A stretch of 64,000 nt of DNA from an uncultured Gemmataceae bacterium (GCA_963750165.1 CAVVPN010000003.1:704001-768000); one strand, 5' to 3'; shown: positions 44,261 to 55,200, counted from the stretch's first letter. The notes: generated from the sequence alone by a model not told the origin. Numbers and translations are program-made.

Positions 44261-44920
44261 ATGCCGCCCGACGAACTCACCTGCTGGCTGCTCATCCGCG
44301 ACGCGGCGAACGGCGACGCCGCCGCCCGCGAGCGCTTCGCCCGCGTCTATCTGCCGCTGGTGCGGACGTACCTGGCGGCCCGGTGGCGCAACGCCCCGCA
44401 CAGTGCGGAGGACGCGGCCCAGGACGTGTTCGTCGAGTGCTTCCGCGCCGGGGGACTGCTCGACAAGGCCGACCCGGACCGCGCCGGCGGCTTCCGGGCG
44501 TTCCTGCTCGGGGCGGTGCGCAATGTCGCCCGTCGGCACGAGACCCGCGTCCGGCCCGCCGAGCAACTGCCGGCCGAACTGCCGGCCGACGACACCACCC
44601 CCGCCGCGGCGTTCGACCGGGCGTGGGCGCGGGCGCTGCTGAAAGAAGCCACCCGCGTCCAGGTCGAGAGCGCCACTCGCGCCGGGCGGGCGGCGGAGCG
44701 ACGGGTGGAGTTGCTGCGGTTGCGGTTCGGTGAGGGACTCCCCATCCGCGCGATCGCGGCCCGGTGGCAGGTGGACGCCGCCCAGCTGCACCACGAATAC
44801 GCCACCGCCCGTGCGGAGTTCCGGGCGGCCCTGCGCGGCGTGGTCGCGTTCCACCAGCCCGGGTGCCCGGTCGGCGACCTGGACAGCGCCTGCGCCGAAC
44901 TGCTGGCGATTCTCGGCTGA
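44261..44920 (+). CDS. ECF sigma-70 factor
   Basis: TCWLLIRDA, AEDAAQDVF, FRAFL, FDRAWARALL, region-4 HTH. Confidence 0.88.
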   Translation: MPPDELTCWLLIRDAANGDAAARERFARVYLPLVRTYLAARWRNAPHSAEDAAQDVFVECFRAGGLLDKADPDRAGGFRAFLLGAVRNVARRHETRVRPAEQLPAELPADDTTPAAAFDRAWARALLKEATRVQVESATRAGRAAERRVELLRLRFGEGLPIRAIAARWQVDAAQLHHEYATARAEFRAALRGVVAFHQPGCPVGDLDSACAELLAILG

Positions 44921-45026
44921 GCGCCGCGGGTTCCCGGAAATCGCTTGCCCGCCCGGGAGGCGCGCCGCTACCATAACACCATCCGCGTTCCTGCCGCCCG
45001 CCTTCCGTGCCGAGGGGTTCACTGCC

Positions 45027-46418
45027 ATGCTGCACGTTGACGTGAATCAGGGCGTTCGCCACTGTGATGGCCTGACGCGCCGTGAGTTGCTGCGCGTCGA
45101 GGCGCTCGGCCTCGGCGGCCTGACGCTGCCGGCGCTGCTGCACCTGCAACAGGTGGCCGCCGCCACGCCGACACCGCGCCGCCGGGCACGGTCGGTGATC
45201 GTACTGTTCCTCTCCGGCGGGCCGTCGCACCTGGACATGTTCGACCTGAAACCGGACGCCCCGGAGGAGATCCGCGGCACCTTTCGCCCCACGGCGACAC
45301 GCGTGCCCGGCGTGCAGTTGTGCGAACACCTGCCGCGCATGGCGGCGCAGGCGGACAAATTCACGGTCATCCGTTCGATGCGGCACGGCAACGGCAACCA
45401 CCCCGCCGCGGCCTACTGGATGATGGTCGGCAGCCCGATGACGCGGCCGGCGCCGCAGGTCGTGACCATGAGCCGCGAGGATCGGCCGCACATCGGCTCG
45501 GCCCTGGCGCGACTGCTGCCGGCGTCGCGCGGACTGCCGCCGTTCGTGATGGTGCCGGAAGCGATCTCGCCGGTTGGTCCGGAGCGGCCCGGTCAGCACG
45601 CCGGCTTCCTGGGTGCCGCCTACGACCCCTACCGCGTCAACAGCAACCCGAATTCCCCCGACTACACGCCCGGCGCCCTCGGTCCCGACCGCGACGTGGA
45701 CGCCGCCCGGCTCGCCGCGCGCCGGTCGCTGCTGGCGCGGGCCAGCGACCAGGTTCGCCGTCTGGAAACGGCGTCGCCGGCGCAGATGCTGGATGCGTAT
45801 TACACGCGGGCGTTCGATCTGATCTCGTCGCCGGCGGCGCAGCGGGCCTTCGACGTACACGCCGAGAGCGCTGTCACACGCGACCGCTACGGCCGGCACA
45901 TCTTCGGCCAGTCGTGTCTGCTGGCGCGGCGGCTGGTCGAGGCGGGCATACGGCTGGTGCATGTGAACTGGGTGCGGCACGACAACGGCTTCGGCGGCCA
46001 GGGCTACGACAGCCACCGCGACCATCTGGAGTGGTCGCGCACCGAACTGCTGCCGCCGACGGACGCCGCGTTCGCGTCGCTGGTGGAAGATCTGCACCTG
46101 CGCGGGCTGCTTGAGGAAACGCTGGTGGTGATGATGGGCGAGTTCGGCCGGACGCCGCGCTTCAACAGCGCCGGCGGCCGCGATCACTGGCCGAATTGCT
46201 TCAGTGTGGTCGTGGCTGGCGGCGGCGTGCGCGGCGGTCAGGTGTACGGCTCCTCCGACCGCACCGGCTCGCAGCCCACGTCGAACCCGGTGTCGCCGCA
46301 GGATCTGATGGCGACGCTGTACCACTGCCTGGGCGTCGATCCGCACGCCACCATTCATGACCTGCAGCATCGGCCGTATACCCTGGTCGAGGGGGCGCCG
46401 GTGCTGGGGATTTTGTGA
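45027..46418 (+). CDS. DUF1501 family protein
   Basis: CDGLTRRELL, FLSGGPSHLDMFDLKP, CLLARRLVEAG, GEFGRTP, GRDHW. Confidence 0.92.
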   Translation: MLHVDVNQGVRHCDGLTRRELLRVEALGLGGLTLPALLHLQQVAAATPTPRRRARSVIVLFLSGGPSHLDMFDLKPDAPEEIRGTFRPTATRVPGVQLCEHLPRMAAQADKFTVIRSMRHGNGNHPAAAYWMMVGSPMTRPAPQVVTMSREDRPHIGSALARLLPASRGLPPFVMVPEAISPVGPERPGQHAGFLGAAYDPYRVNSNPNSPDYTPGALGPDRDVDAARLAARRSLLARASDQVRRLETASPAQMLDAYYTRAFDLISSPAAQRAFDVHAESAVTRDRYGRHIFGQSCLLARRLVEAGIRLVHVNWVRHDNGFGGQGYDSHRDHLEWSRTELLPPTDAAFASLVEDLHLRGLLEETLVVMMGEFGRTPRFNSAGGRDHWPNCFSVVVAGGGVRGGQVYGSSDRTGSQPTSNPVSPQDLMATLYHCLGVDPHATIHDLQHRPYTLVEGAPVLGIL

Positions 46419-46427
46419 GCCCTGGTG

Positions 46428-46481
46428 CATCGATTTATCGTTTCGCGCTGGTTTGTTGCGGCGTGAAACGATAAATCGATG
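46428..46481. repeat. Intergenic hairpin
   Basis: catcgatttatcgtttcgcgc / gcgtgaaacgataaatcgatg. Confidence 0.65.
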
Positions 46482-46516
46482 GACGGGGAACCCATCCGAC
46501 CATTTGAGATATTCAC

Positions 46517-47569
46517 ATGCCAACGCACCAGGAACAGACCGCGCTGACGCCTGAGTTGCTGCGGCGCCGGGCGGCGGCGCTACCGCGCATCGCGCTGGCC
46601 CATCTGCCGACGCCGCTCGAAGCGTTGCCGCGCTTCGCGCAGCAACTGGGCGGCCCGCCGATCTACATCAAGCGCGACGACTGCACCGGCATGTTGTTCG
46701 GCGGCAACAAAACGCGGCACAACGAATTCCTCCTGGCCGACGCCCTGCAGAAGGGCGCCGACGTGGTGGTCTGGGGCGCCGGCGTGCAGTCGAACAACTG
46801 CCGCCAGACTGCCGCGGCGTGCGCCAAACTCGGCCTGGACTGTCACCTGTATCTGACGCGGGCGACGCACAACGACGACATCCAGGGCAACCTGCTGCTC
46901 GACCATCTAATGGGTGCGCAGGTCCACATCGTCGATGTGCCGATGGGCCCGGCGATGGACGACCTGCTGCTGGCGAAGGCGGCGGAGCTGCAGGCGGCGG
47001 GACGGCGGCCATACGTGTGGGACCGGGTTACGGGGCGGCCGCTGGCGGCGGTCAGTTACGTGCTGTGCCTGGCGGAGATCGTCGAGCAGGTGCGGCAGCT
47101 CAGCATCCAACCGGCTGCCCTGTATGCCTGCGCCGCCGGCGCCACCGGGGCGGGACTGGCACTGGGCAAGGCCGTGCTGGACTTGCCGTGGCGGGTGCGG
47201 CTGGTGGCGCCGATCCGCTGGCCGTGGGACGCGCGCGCGGACATGGCCGAGGTCGCCAACCAGACCGCGGCGCTGCTCAAGCTGCCGCACCGCCTCAGCG
47301 CCGCGGACATCGACATTACCGAGGAATACGTCGGCCCGCAGTACGGCGCCGTGACGCCGGAGGGCCGCGAAGCCATCGCGCTGCTCGCGCGCAGCGAGGG
47401 CATCCTGGTGGACCCGGCGTACACGGCGAAGTCGCTGGCGGCGCTGATCGCCGACGTGCGCCAGCACCGCGTCGAGGCCGGGCGACCGCTGCTGTTCCTG
47501 CACACCGGAGGCACGCCAGCCGTGTTCGCCTACCGGGACGAATTGTTGGAACCAGTCATTAGTCATTAG
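46517..47569 (+). CDS. D-cysteine desulfhydrase / ACC deaminase family PLP enzyme
   Basis: PTPLE, YIKRDD, GGNKTR, QSNNCRQTAAA, EGILVDPAYTAK, FLHTGG. Confidence 0.9.
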   Translation: MPTHQEQTALTPELLRRRAAALPRIALAHLPTPLEALPRFAQQLGGPPIYIKRDDCTGMLFGGNKTRHNEFLLADALQKGADVVVWGAGVQSNNCRQTAAACAKLGLDCHLYLTRATHNDDIQGNLLLDHLMGAQVHIVDVPMGPAMDDLLLAKAAELQAAGRRPYVWDRVTGRPLAAVSYVLCLAEIVEQVRQLSIQPAALYACAAGATGAGLALGKAVLDLPWRVRLVAPIRWPWDARADMAEVANQTAALLKLPHRLSAADIDITEEYVGPQYGAVTPEGREAIALLARSEGILVDPAYTAKSLAALIADVRQHRVEAGRPLLFLHTGGTPAVFAYRDELLEPVISH

Positions 47570-47663
47570 TCATTAGTCATTAGTCATTAGCATTGGGCGT
47601 TTATCCCAGCATCTCAACACTGATGACTAATGACTAATGACTAATGACTAATGACTAATGACT
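47554..47663. repeat. Inverted repeat with heptamer arms (AGTCATT)x5 / (AATGACT)x5
   Basis: Directly visible; overlaps the upstream stop codon and abuts the downstream RBS. Confidence 0.9.
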
Positions 47664-47679
47664 ACGAAAGGAGCATGTT

Positions 47680-48408
47680 ATGCGGATCTGGTTAGCAGGC
47701 GTGGCCCTGCTGGCGATTACCACGGCGGCGCAGGCGCAGTACGGCGACATCAGCGACCTGAAGCTGCTCAAACCCGAGGACAAGCGGGATGTCAAGAGCA
47801 CACCGCCGCCGGCGGGCGCCATCGTGCTGTTCAATGGCAAGAACCTGGACGGTTGGGTGAAGCGCAACGGCAAGGATCCGGCGGCGTGGAAACCGGTGGC
47901 CGGCGGCGCCATGCAGGTGCAGGGCGGCGACATCATGACGAAGGAGAAGTTCGGCGGCAGTTTCAGGCTGCACGTCGAGTTCCGCGTGCCGTATATGCCG
48001 AAGGCGAGCGGCCAGGGTCGCGGCAACAGCGGCGTCTACGTGCAGGGCCGCTATGAAGTGCAGGTGCTCGACAGTTACGCCTTGAAGAGTAAGGACAATG
48101 ACTGCGGTGGCATCTACGGTGTCGCGGCGCCGCTGGTCAACGCCTGCAAGGCGCCGACAGTCTGGCAGAGCTACGACATCCACTTTACGTCGCCGGTGTG
48201 CAAGGACGGTAAGAAGGTGGAACCAGCCCGCATCACCGTGTATCACAATGGCGTCAAGATCCACGACAACGTGAAGATCACGAAGGATAACACGACCGCG
48301 GGCCTCGGCGGCGACCCGTGTATGCCGGGGCCGATCCTGTTGCAGGACCACGGCAACCCGGTGCAGTTCCGCAACATCTGGTTGCAGCGTAACAAGGGCG
48401 CGGGTTAA
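47680..48408 (+). CDS. DUF1080 (3-keto-disaccharide hydrolase) exported protein
   Basis: LFNGKNLDGW, LHVEF, GNSGVY, YEVQVLDS, WQSYDI, LQDHG..FRNIW. Confidence 0.92.
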   Translation: MRIWLAGVALLAITTAAQAQYGDISDLKLLKPEDKRDVKSTPPPAGAIVLFNGKNLDGWVKRNGKDPAAWKPVAGGAMQVQGGDIMTKEKFGGSFRLHVEFRVPYMPKASGQGRGNSGVYVQGRYEVQVLDSYALKSKDNDCGGIYGVAAPLVNACKAPTVWQSYDIHFTSPVCKDGKKVEPARITVYHNGVKIHDNVKITKDNTTAGLGGDPCMPGPILLQDHGNPVQFRNIWLQRNKGAG

Positions 48409-48411
48409 CCG

Positions 48412-48984
48412 TCACGACGGCCGCCGTGTGCGCCAGGCCGTGATGGCCGCGGCGTCCACGGCGGCGTCGCGCTCCAGGCTCTCCCGCAACCGCCGCAGCA
48501 TCTCCGCCGACGCCAAGCGCAGGAAGCGCTGCATTGTCAGCAACGGTTCCGTCCCCGTCATTTCGCCGCCAAGCACTTCCGCCAGGTAAATCGTGCGGTC
48601 GCCGCTGTCCAGCGTCGCCTCGACGCGGCACTCCAGCCAGCCGAGCGCGTCGGTCAGCACCGGCACGCCGCCGACTCCCGGCCGCGTCGCCAGACCGGCG
48701 AACTTGTCCCCGTCGCGGCCGGAGTGCAGGCCGAAGCGCTCGACCCACTCCAGATGCCGCTCGCCGAGCAACTGCGCAGCGAAAACGCCGGACGCCTCAA
48801 TGAGGCCCCAGGTGTGGTGCTGTTTGGCGATGCCGACGAGCAACCGCGGCAGTTCCGGGACGATGGAGGCGCTGCTGACGAAGGTGGCGATCAGGCCGCC
48901 ACGGCGGCCGTTAGCGGCGGCGGTGATGAGCCACAGTTCGCGCTCGGGGCGGGCCAGAAGTTGCGCGATGGCGGCGCGGTCCAT
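48412..48984 (-). CDS. Flavin reductase-like FMN-binding protein
   Basis: LWLITAA, FGLHSGRDGDKF, WLECRV, GDRTIYLAEV. Confidence 0.88.
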   Translation of the reverse strand: MDRAAIAQLLARPERELWLITAAANGRRGGLIATFVSSASIVPELPRLLVGIAKQHHTWGLIEASGVFAAQLLGERHLEWVERFGLHSGRDGDKFAGLATRPGVGGVPVLTDALGWLECRVEATLDSGDRTIYLAEVLGGEMTGTEPLLTMQRFLRLASAEMLRRLRESLERDAAVDAAAITAWRTRRPS

Positions 48985-49400
48985 GTGCTTTTCTTCCCCG
49001 GATCAGTGCCCCCTCCGCCGTCCGTTGGAAGTTGTACGCCCGCGTGCCCGGCGCGGCCCGATCCTGCGGGGAAATAAAACACCCGGGGTCACTGGCCACC
49101 TCTCCCATAGCCAATGCACCCCGGGTGATTTTCGCGAAATAAAGCTGGCCGAATCAGCCGGTACCGCCTCTCCCGCAGTCCGTGCCTACCAACCAGCTTT
49201 TGTGTATGTGAGCAATAGCCGTGCCAATCAACCTCAGAAAAGTCTGCGCGACATAACCTCTTCGGAATTCATGGCCTACGCCGTGCGGCCGCGAGCGCTG
49301 CGCGATCCGGATTCCGTAAGTTCTGGTGCCAGTGCCCGCGCTGCCGGCAAGGACTGCATCGATATTCAGCAGTCGGCGCGTTCCAGGCAGCGGCCGCCGT

Positions 49401-49883
49401 TCACTCCACGCCCATTTGCAGCACCACCCGGTTCCGTGCCACGCGCAGGTGGCGGATAATGTCGTGCAGTCCCTCGCGGTCGATCTGCTTGGCGAGCGTC
49501 AGGGCCTCGTCAATGCTGTGCTCCAGCTGCTCCAGCCGGGCCGCCGTTTGCCGCGACGGTCGCGCTGCCGATGCCGGGGCCGCTTCCTGGGCCGGCTGCT
49601 CCTCGCGCCGCGGCCGCCCACGCTTGCCGAGCTTCTTGCGGAGGATGCTCTTGACATTCGCCAGTCCTTGCTTGACGCGCTCGGGCACTTCGTCGTGGCC
49701 GGGGTGGTCGTCCAGCCAGCGCTGGAGCAGCGCCTCGTTGCTCCGCTCCTTCAACAGTTTGGGGTTCGCCTGGAAAATGGCCCGGAAGTAGCCGGATACA
49801 CTTTCTCCATCTTTACCCGGACGCCCCTCAGCGGTGGCCTCGGTGCTGGCGTCGGGCTCCTGGTCGGCGGTTTTCTTCGCCAT
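49401..49883 (-). CDS. Hypothetical basic protein with an AT-hook-like KRGRPR motif
   Basis: GAGGA RBS, 160 aa, helical N- and C-terminal domains. Confidence 0.7.
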   Translation of the reverse strand: MAKKTADQEPDASTEATAEGRPGKDGESVSGYFRAIFQANPKLLKERSNEALLQRWLDDHPGHDEVPERVKQGLANVKSILRKKLGKRGRPRREEQPAQEAAPASAARPSRQTAARLEQLEHSIDEALTLAKQIDREGLHDIIRHLRVARNRVVLQMGVE

Positions 49884-50132
49884 CGGACGGTCCTCACGGG
49901 CGAGTTGATTTGAAGGTAACGGTTTGAGTTATCTTAACGCGCCGTCAAGGGGGTGCAATGCGCCTCAGCCCAGCCGGTACCGAGAAGTGCCGCTGCCCGG
50001 CAGGCTGTGGCGGTTATACCGGCGGTATCGGGCGCAACCTGTGCCCCGCAGTCCCCTAATCATATGATAGCTTCGTGCCCGCCAGAGCGGGCGCGGTAAC
50101 TCCATTTCACGGGCCGAGTGAGGGCTAACACC

Positions 50133-50722
50133 ATGAAGACGCTGGCTGACGAGGAATTGGATCTGTTATTCCGCGCAGCGCGGACGCACAACGTCTGGCT
50201 GAACCAACCGGTGGACGACGCCCTGCTGCGGCGGGTGTATGACCTCGCGAAAATGGGCCCGACCTCGGCCAACATGTGCCCGATGCGCCTGGTGTTCGTC
50301 CGGTCGCAGGAGGCGAAGGAGCGGTTGCGGCCCTGCCTCGACGCGGGCAACGTGGCCAAGACCATGGCGGCGCCGGCCACCGCCATCGTGGGCATGGATG
50401 TACGGTTTTACGAACAGCTGCCGAAGCTGTTCCCGCACGCCGACGCCAGAGCGTGGTTCAAGGATCTGCCGGCGTCCGTGCTGGAGTACACCGCCCTGCG
50501 CAACTCGTCGCTGCAGGGGGCGTACCTCATACTGGCGGCGCGGCGCTCGGGCTCGACTGTGGGCCGATGTCCGGTTTCGACAACGCCAAGGTGGACGCGG
50601 CGTTCTTTGCCGGTACGACGATCAAGTCGAACTTCCTGTGCAACCTCGGCCACGGCGACGTGAGCAAACTCTACCCGCGTTCGCCCCGTCTTGACTTCGA
50701 CGAAGCGTGCAAGGTCATGTGA
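50133..50722 (+). CDS. rutE: Nitroreductase family, malonic semialdehyde reductase RutE-like (frameshift near 50545)
   Basis: [38 protein letters not shown]; second frame [18 protein letters not shown]. Confidence 0.85.
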
Positions 50723-50749
50723 CGCAATTCCCCCTTGAGGGCCGGGCTC

Positions 50750-51973
50750 ATGATTTCGCAAACTGACCGCCGATCAGCCTCCACGCCGCACGGTTGGCGC
50801 GCCCCCTGGGTGGCGTTGCTGGCGGCACTGCTGGCGCCGCTGGCCGGCGCCGCGCTGCCGCAGAAGGGGCAGTCCCCGGTGCGGGTCACCGTCAAGGACG
50901 AGCAGCCCGTCGTGGTCGATGCGACGCTGCAGCTGCCCGTGGACCCGGCGCAGCGCATCCAGTTTCACCCCCAGGGACTGACCCCGCGGGTGCTCACCAT
51001 GAACAACCAGACGCTGCACCTGGGCCACTACGCCACGCTCAAGATCGACAACCAGGTCTTCCAGGGCGCCGCTGCCGAGTACCAGAACCGGGCCCTGGCC
51101 AAGGGCAAGGACGGCAAGGCGCGCCAGGGCTTCGAGTCGCGCTTCAACTACGGCAACGGCCTGACTGTGACGGTCACCATGATGTTGGTGGCGACCAAAC
51201 CCGCGAACAAGGCTGCCAAGCGCAGCCGCGACTCCGTCCTGACGCACTACGTCATCGAGAACAAAGGCACCAAGCCGCGCTCGGTCGGCCTGCGCATCTT
51301 CATGGACACCTACATCATCAACAACGACGGCTGCCTGTTCGCCGCGCCGAACCACCCCAACAAGATCCTCAATGGCGTGGAACTCAAGGGCAAGGAACTG
51401 CCGCCCTACGTGCAACTGCTCCAGCAGCCGAACCTGCAGAACCCCGGCTTCGTGGCCCACCTGACACTCGACCTGGGGCCGAAGCTGGACAAACCCGACC
51501 GCGTGGTACTCACCAATCTGGGGGCGCAGCGGGGTCAATGGGATGTCGCCGCCCAGCCGGCGGGCGACTCGGCGCTGGCGGTCTTCTGGGAGCCGAAGGA
51601 GATCAAGCCAGGCGGCAAGCGCGAGATCGCCTACGGCTATGGCCAGGGCCTGGTGCCCAGCCCCGAGAGCGAGGGCCGCGTCGAACTGGCCCTGGGCGGC
51701 TCCTTCGTCCCGGGCAAGCGCTTCACCGTGACCGCCTATGTCAACGACCCGGCACCCGGCCAGTCGCTGACGCTGGATCTGCCCGCCGGCATGGCGCTGG
51801 TGGACAGCCCGGAGGTGCAGGCGGTGCCGGCGCCGCCGGCGAACGGAGCGCCGGTGAGTCTGGTGATGTGGCGGGCGCGCGTGCTGCGGCCGGGCGAGTT
51901 CGCGGTGCGCGTTCGCTCCAGCACCGGCGTCACCCAGGGCAAACTCGTCACCGTCACACAGGAAAAGGAGTAA
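50750..51973 (+). CDS. Hypothetical exported protein (beta-rich domain plus C-terminal Ig-like domain)
   Basis: Signal peptide; VGLRIFMDTYIINNDG, DSALAVFWEP, YGYG; LTLDLPAGMAL. Confidence 0.7.
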   Translation: MISQTDRRSASTPHGWRAPWVALLAALLAPLAGAALPQKGQSPVRVTVKDEQPVVVDATLQLPVDPAQRIQFHPQGLTPRVLTMNNQTLHLGHYATLKIDNQVFQGAAAEYQNRALAKGKDGKARQGFESRFNYGNGLTVTVTMMLVATKPANKAAKRSRDSVLTHYVIENKGTKPRSVGLRIFMDTYIINNDGCLFAAPNHPNKILNGVELKGKELPPYVQLLQQPNLQNPGFVAHLTLDLGPKLDKPDRVVLTNLGAQRGQWDVAAQPAGDSALAVFWEPKEIKPGGKREIAYGYGQGLVPSPESEGRVELALGGSFVPGKRFTVTAYVNDPAPGQSLTLDLPAGMALVDSPEVQAVPAPPANGAPVSLVMWRARVLRPGEFAVRVRSSTGVTQGKLVTVTQEKE

Positions 51974-51985
51974 ACGGCACAACGA

Positions 51986-52064
51986 CGTTGCGCTTCGTGG
52001 GGCAGGCTTTCCAGCCTGCCATGCCATGCGGCAGGCTGGAAAGTCTGCCCCACGAAGCGCAGCG
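51986..52064. repeat. REP-like palindrome (GTGGGGCAGGCTTTCCAGCCTGCC type)
   Basis: gcgcttcgtggggcaggctttccagcctgcc / ggcaggctggaaagtctgccccacgaagcgc. Confidence 0.8.
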
Positions 52065-52235
52065 CGAAACGTCCACGGGGGCTCGTTTCGTCCGCCAACT
52101 CTTGCCGCCACGAGTTCTCATCATTTTTCACTTGCTTTGCACGATAATCACCTTACTATTCATTTATCTCATGCCCGAATGGTAAGCCCTCATTAAATTC
52201 AACCCGCATTCGCACTCTCGATTCCGAGGCCTCCC

Positions 52236-55200
52236 ATGGCAAGCCGGTTCCGCCCTGCATCCCGTGGCGCCCGCCGTCGTCAACCGCAACTCGAGTGCCT
52301 TGAAGCGCGCACGCTGCCCGCGCTCATGAACACGACCTTCGTACCCTTTCAGCCCCCGGGTCAGGGCATCAAACCGTTTGCGGGCAGCGGCGGCCCCACC
52401 GGCACCACCCCCGCCGTCATGCGCCACACCTACGGCGCCGATCAGGCGTTCTTCGGCTCCGTCACCGGCGACGGCACCGGCCAGACCATCGCCATCGTCG
52501 ATGCCTACGACCAGCCGACCATCTTCACCGACCTGGCCGCGTTCGACCAGCAGTTCGGACTGCCCGCGCCGCCCAGCTTTACCAAAATCAACCAGAACGG
52601 CAACGCCTCCCCGCTGCCGAACCACGACGTCGTGGGCGGCTGGGGCGTGGAGATCACGCTCGACGTGGAATGGGCGCACGTCATGGCCCCGAAGGCCAAC
52701 ATCCTGCTGGTCGAGGCCAGCTCCGCCAGCAGTTCAAACCTCTTCACCGCCGTGGACGCCGCGCGCAACCACGCCGGCGTCAGCGTCGTGTCCATGAGCT
52801 GGGGCGGCGCCGAGACCTCGGGGGACTCGACATACGACTCCCATTTCATGACGCCCTCCGGCCACAACGGCGTCACCTTCGTCGCCTCCAGCGGCGACGA
52901 CGGCGCTTATGGCAGCGGCACCTCCACCAAGATCGTGGAATATCCAGCCGTCTCGGCGAACGTTCTGGGCGTCGGCGGCACCACCATGGATAGCAACGCC
53001 GACGGCAGCTACGGCACCGAGAGCGGTTGGGGCAACGGCACGAACAGCCGCACCCAGGGCGGCTCAGGCGGCGGCATCAGCAATAACTTCAGCCAGCCCA
53101 GCTACCAGAGCGCCGTCGTGCCAACGAGCATCACCACCACCAAGCGCACCGTCCCCGACGTGGCCCTCGACGCCGACCCCGCCACCGGCGTGCCGATCTA
53201 CGACGTGTACGACGAGGGCAGTTCGACGCCGTGGGCACAATACGGCGGCACCAGTCTGGCGACGCCGATGTGGGCCGGCATCCTCGCCATCGCCGACCAG
53301 GGTCGCGCGCTCAACGGCCTGCCAACGCTCGACGGCCCCAGCGGCACCCTGCCCAAAATCTATGCGCTGCCGGCCAGCGACTTCCACGATGTCACCACCG
53401 GCAACAACGGTTACGCCGCTGGCCCGGGCTACGATCTGGTCACCGGCCGCGGCACCCCCATCGTCAACCTGGTGGTCCGCGACCTGTCCGGCCCGGACAT
53501 TGGAGCGCTGACCGTTGGCCCCAACGCGGTGCCGGCCGGCACGCCGGCCACCTTGACGGCGAGCAATGTCTACGAGGCCGGCGGCACCGTCAGCAGCGTG
53601 ACCTTCTACCGCGAGAGTAACGGCACCTCCGGCCTGCAAATCGGCTCGGATACCCTGCTCGGCACCGGCACGCAGAACGGCAGCACCTGGACGTTCACGG
53701 TTTCCACCAGCGGCCTGGCCGCCGGCACCTACACGTTTTACGCGGTCGCCACCGACAGCACCGGCGCCAGCAGTCCCGTCGCCGTCGCGACGCTCACCGT
53801 GGGAACCACGGTCTACGCCGACACGCGCTGGGCCGGGCTCGCCAACGGCACCACCGTGGACGCCGACCCGACGGAGCCGGGCACGGTCACCGGCACCATC
53901 GGCACCAACGCCTTCGCCTCGGTCAACGCCGCCATCGCCGCCGTCCCCAATCAGGGCACGGTCGTTGTCAACGGCGCGAGCGGGGGGAGTTACGGCAACT
54001 TCAGCGAAGACGTCAACATCAACCACCCGATCACCCTGGTGGTCCAGTACGGCCCGGTCACGTTCAACTCCCTGGCCGACGCGGTCAGTAACGCGACCAT
54101 CCTGCTCAGCGGCGTCCCGCTGACCGTCGGCGGCGACAATCTGAGCACCACCGTGGCCGGCATCATCGTTGGCTCCGGTGGGCTGACCAAGAACGGCACC
54201 GGCACGCTGACCCTGAGCGGTGCCAACACCTACACCGGGGCGACGACAGTGGCTGGCGGCACGCTGAGCGTCAACAGCCTGGCCAACGGCGGCAGTGCCA
54301 GCTCCGTCGGCGCCGCGACGAACTCCGCCGCGAACCTCGTGGTGCAGGGCGGCGCCACGCTGCTGTACACCGGAGCCACGGCGAGCACCGACCACGGCTT
54401 CACGGTCGGCAGCGGCGGCGGCACGTTCTCCGTCAGCACCGCGGGGACGACGCTGACCGTCGGCGGCTACCTCGGCATCGGCACCAACGGCCTGACCTTG
54501 ACGGGCGCCGGCAACGCGACGTTCACCAATGTGGTGGTGGGCACGAACATGTTTAACAACACAACGGGCACCGCCGGCCCGCTGACCAAGGGCACGACCG
54601 CCGCCGACAGCGGCACCGATTCGTTCACCTACCCCAACGCCCTGTCCACCGGCAACATCACCGTCAACGACGGCACCCTCGTCCTGGGGAGTGAAACGCT
54701 GAGCAGCAGCGAGGTGCTGACCATCGCCGCGGGCGCCGCCGTCAACTCCACGGGCACGCTGTTCCTGACCGCGAATTCCACGAGCACCACCTCCGAGGTC
54801 ACCGGCGCCGGCACGCTGAACCTGACCGCGACCACCAACGGCCCCACGTCGCCGGACATTTACTTCAACTGGAACGACGCCGACGGCGCCGTCTCGAACT
54901 GGGGCACGCGGATCGCCACCGCTGTCAACCTGGGCGCCGCACAGCGTTACCTGTTCGGCAAGACCAACCAAAACTCGTTCGGCGAGTACGGCCAGAACGC
55001 CGACGCAGTCTTCACCGGCCCCATCACCGGGACGGGCGGCCTGACCGTCATCGGCCAGGACAACTTCACCGGCAGCCATGCGATGGAGGTGCCATTCGTG
55101 CTGGCCGGCGCCGACACGTTCACCGGCACCCTGGAGATCCAGCGCGGCTCCGTCTACCTCGACAACGCCGCGGCGCTGACCCAGGGCAACGCGCTGCTGC

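Noticed and set aside
47554..47663. CRISPR or telomere-like array
   Set aside because: Short heptamer arms in inverted orientation, no spacers, internal intergenic position.
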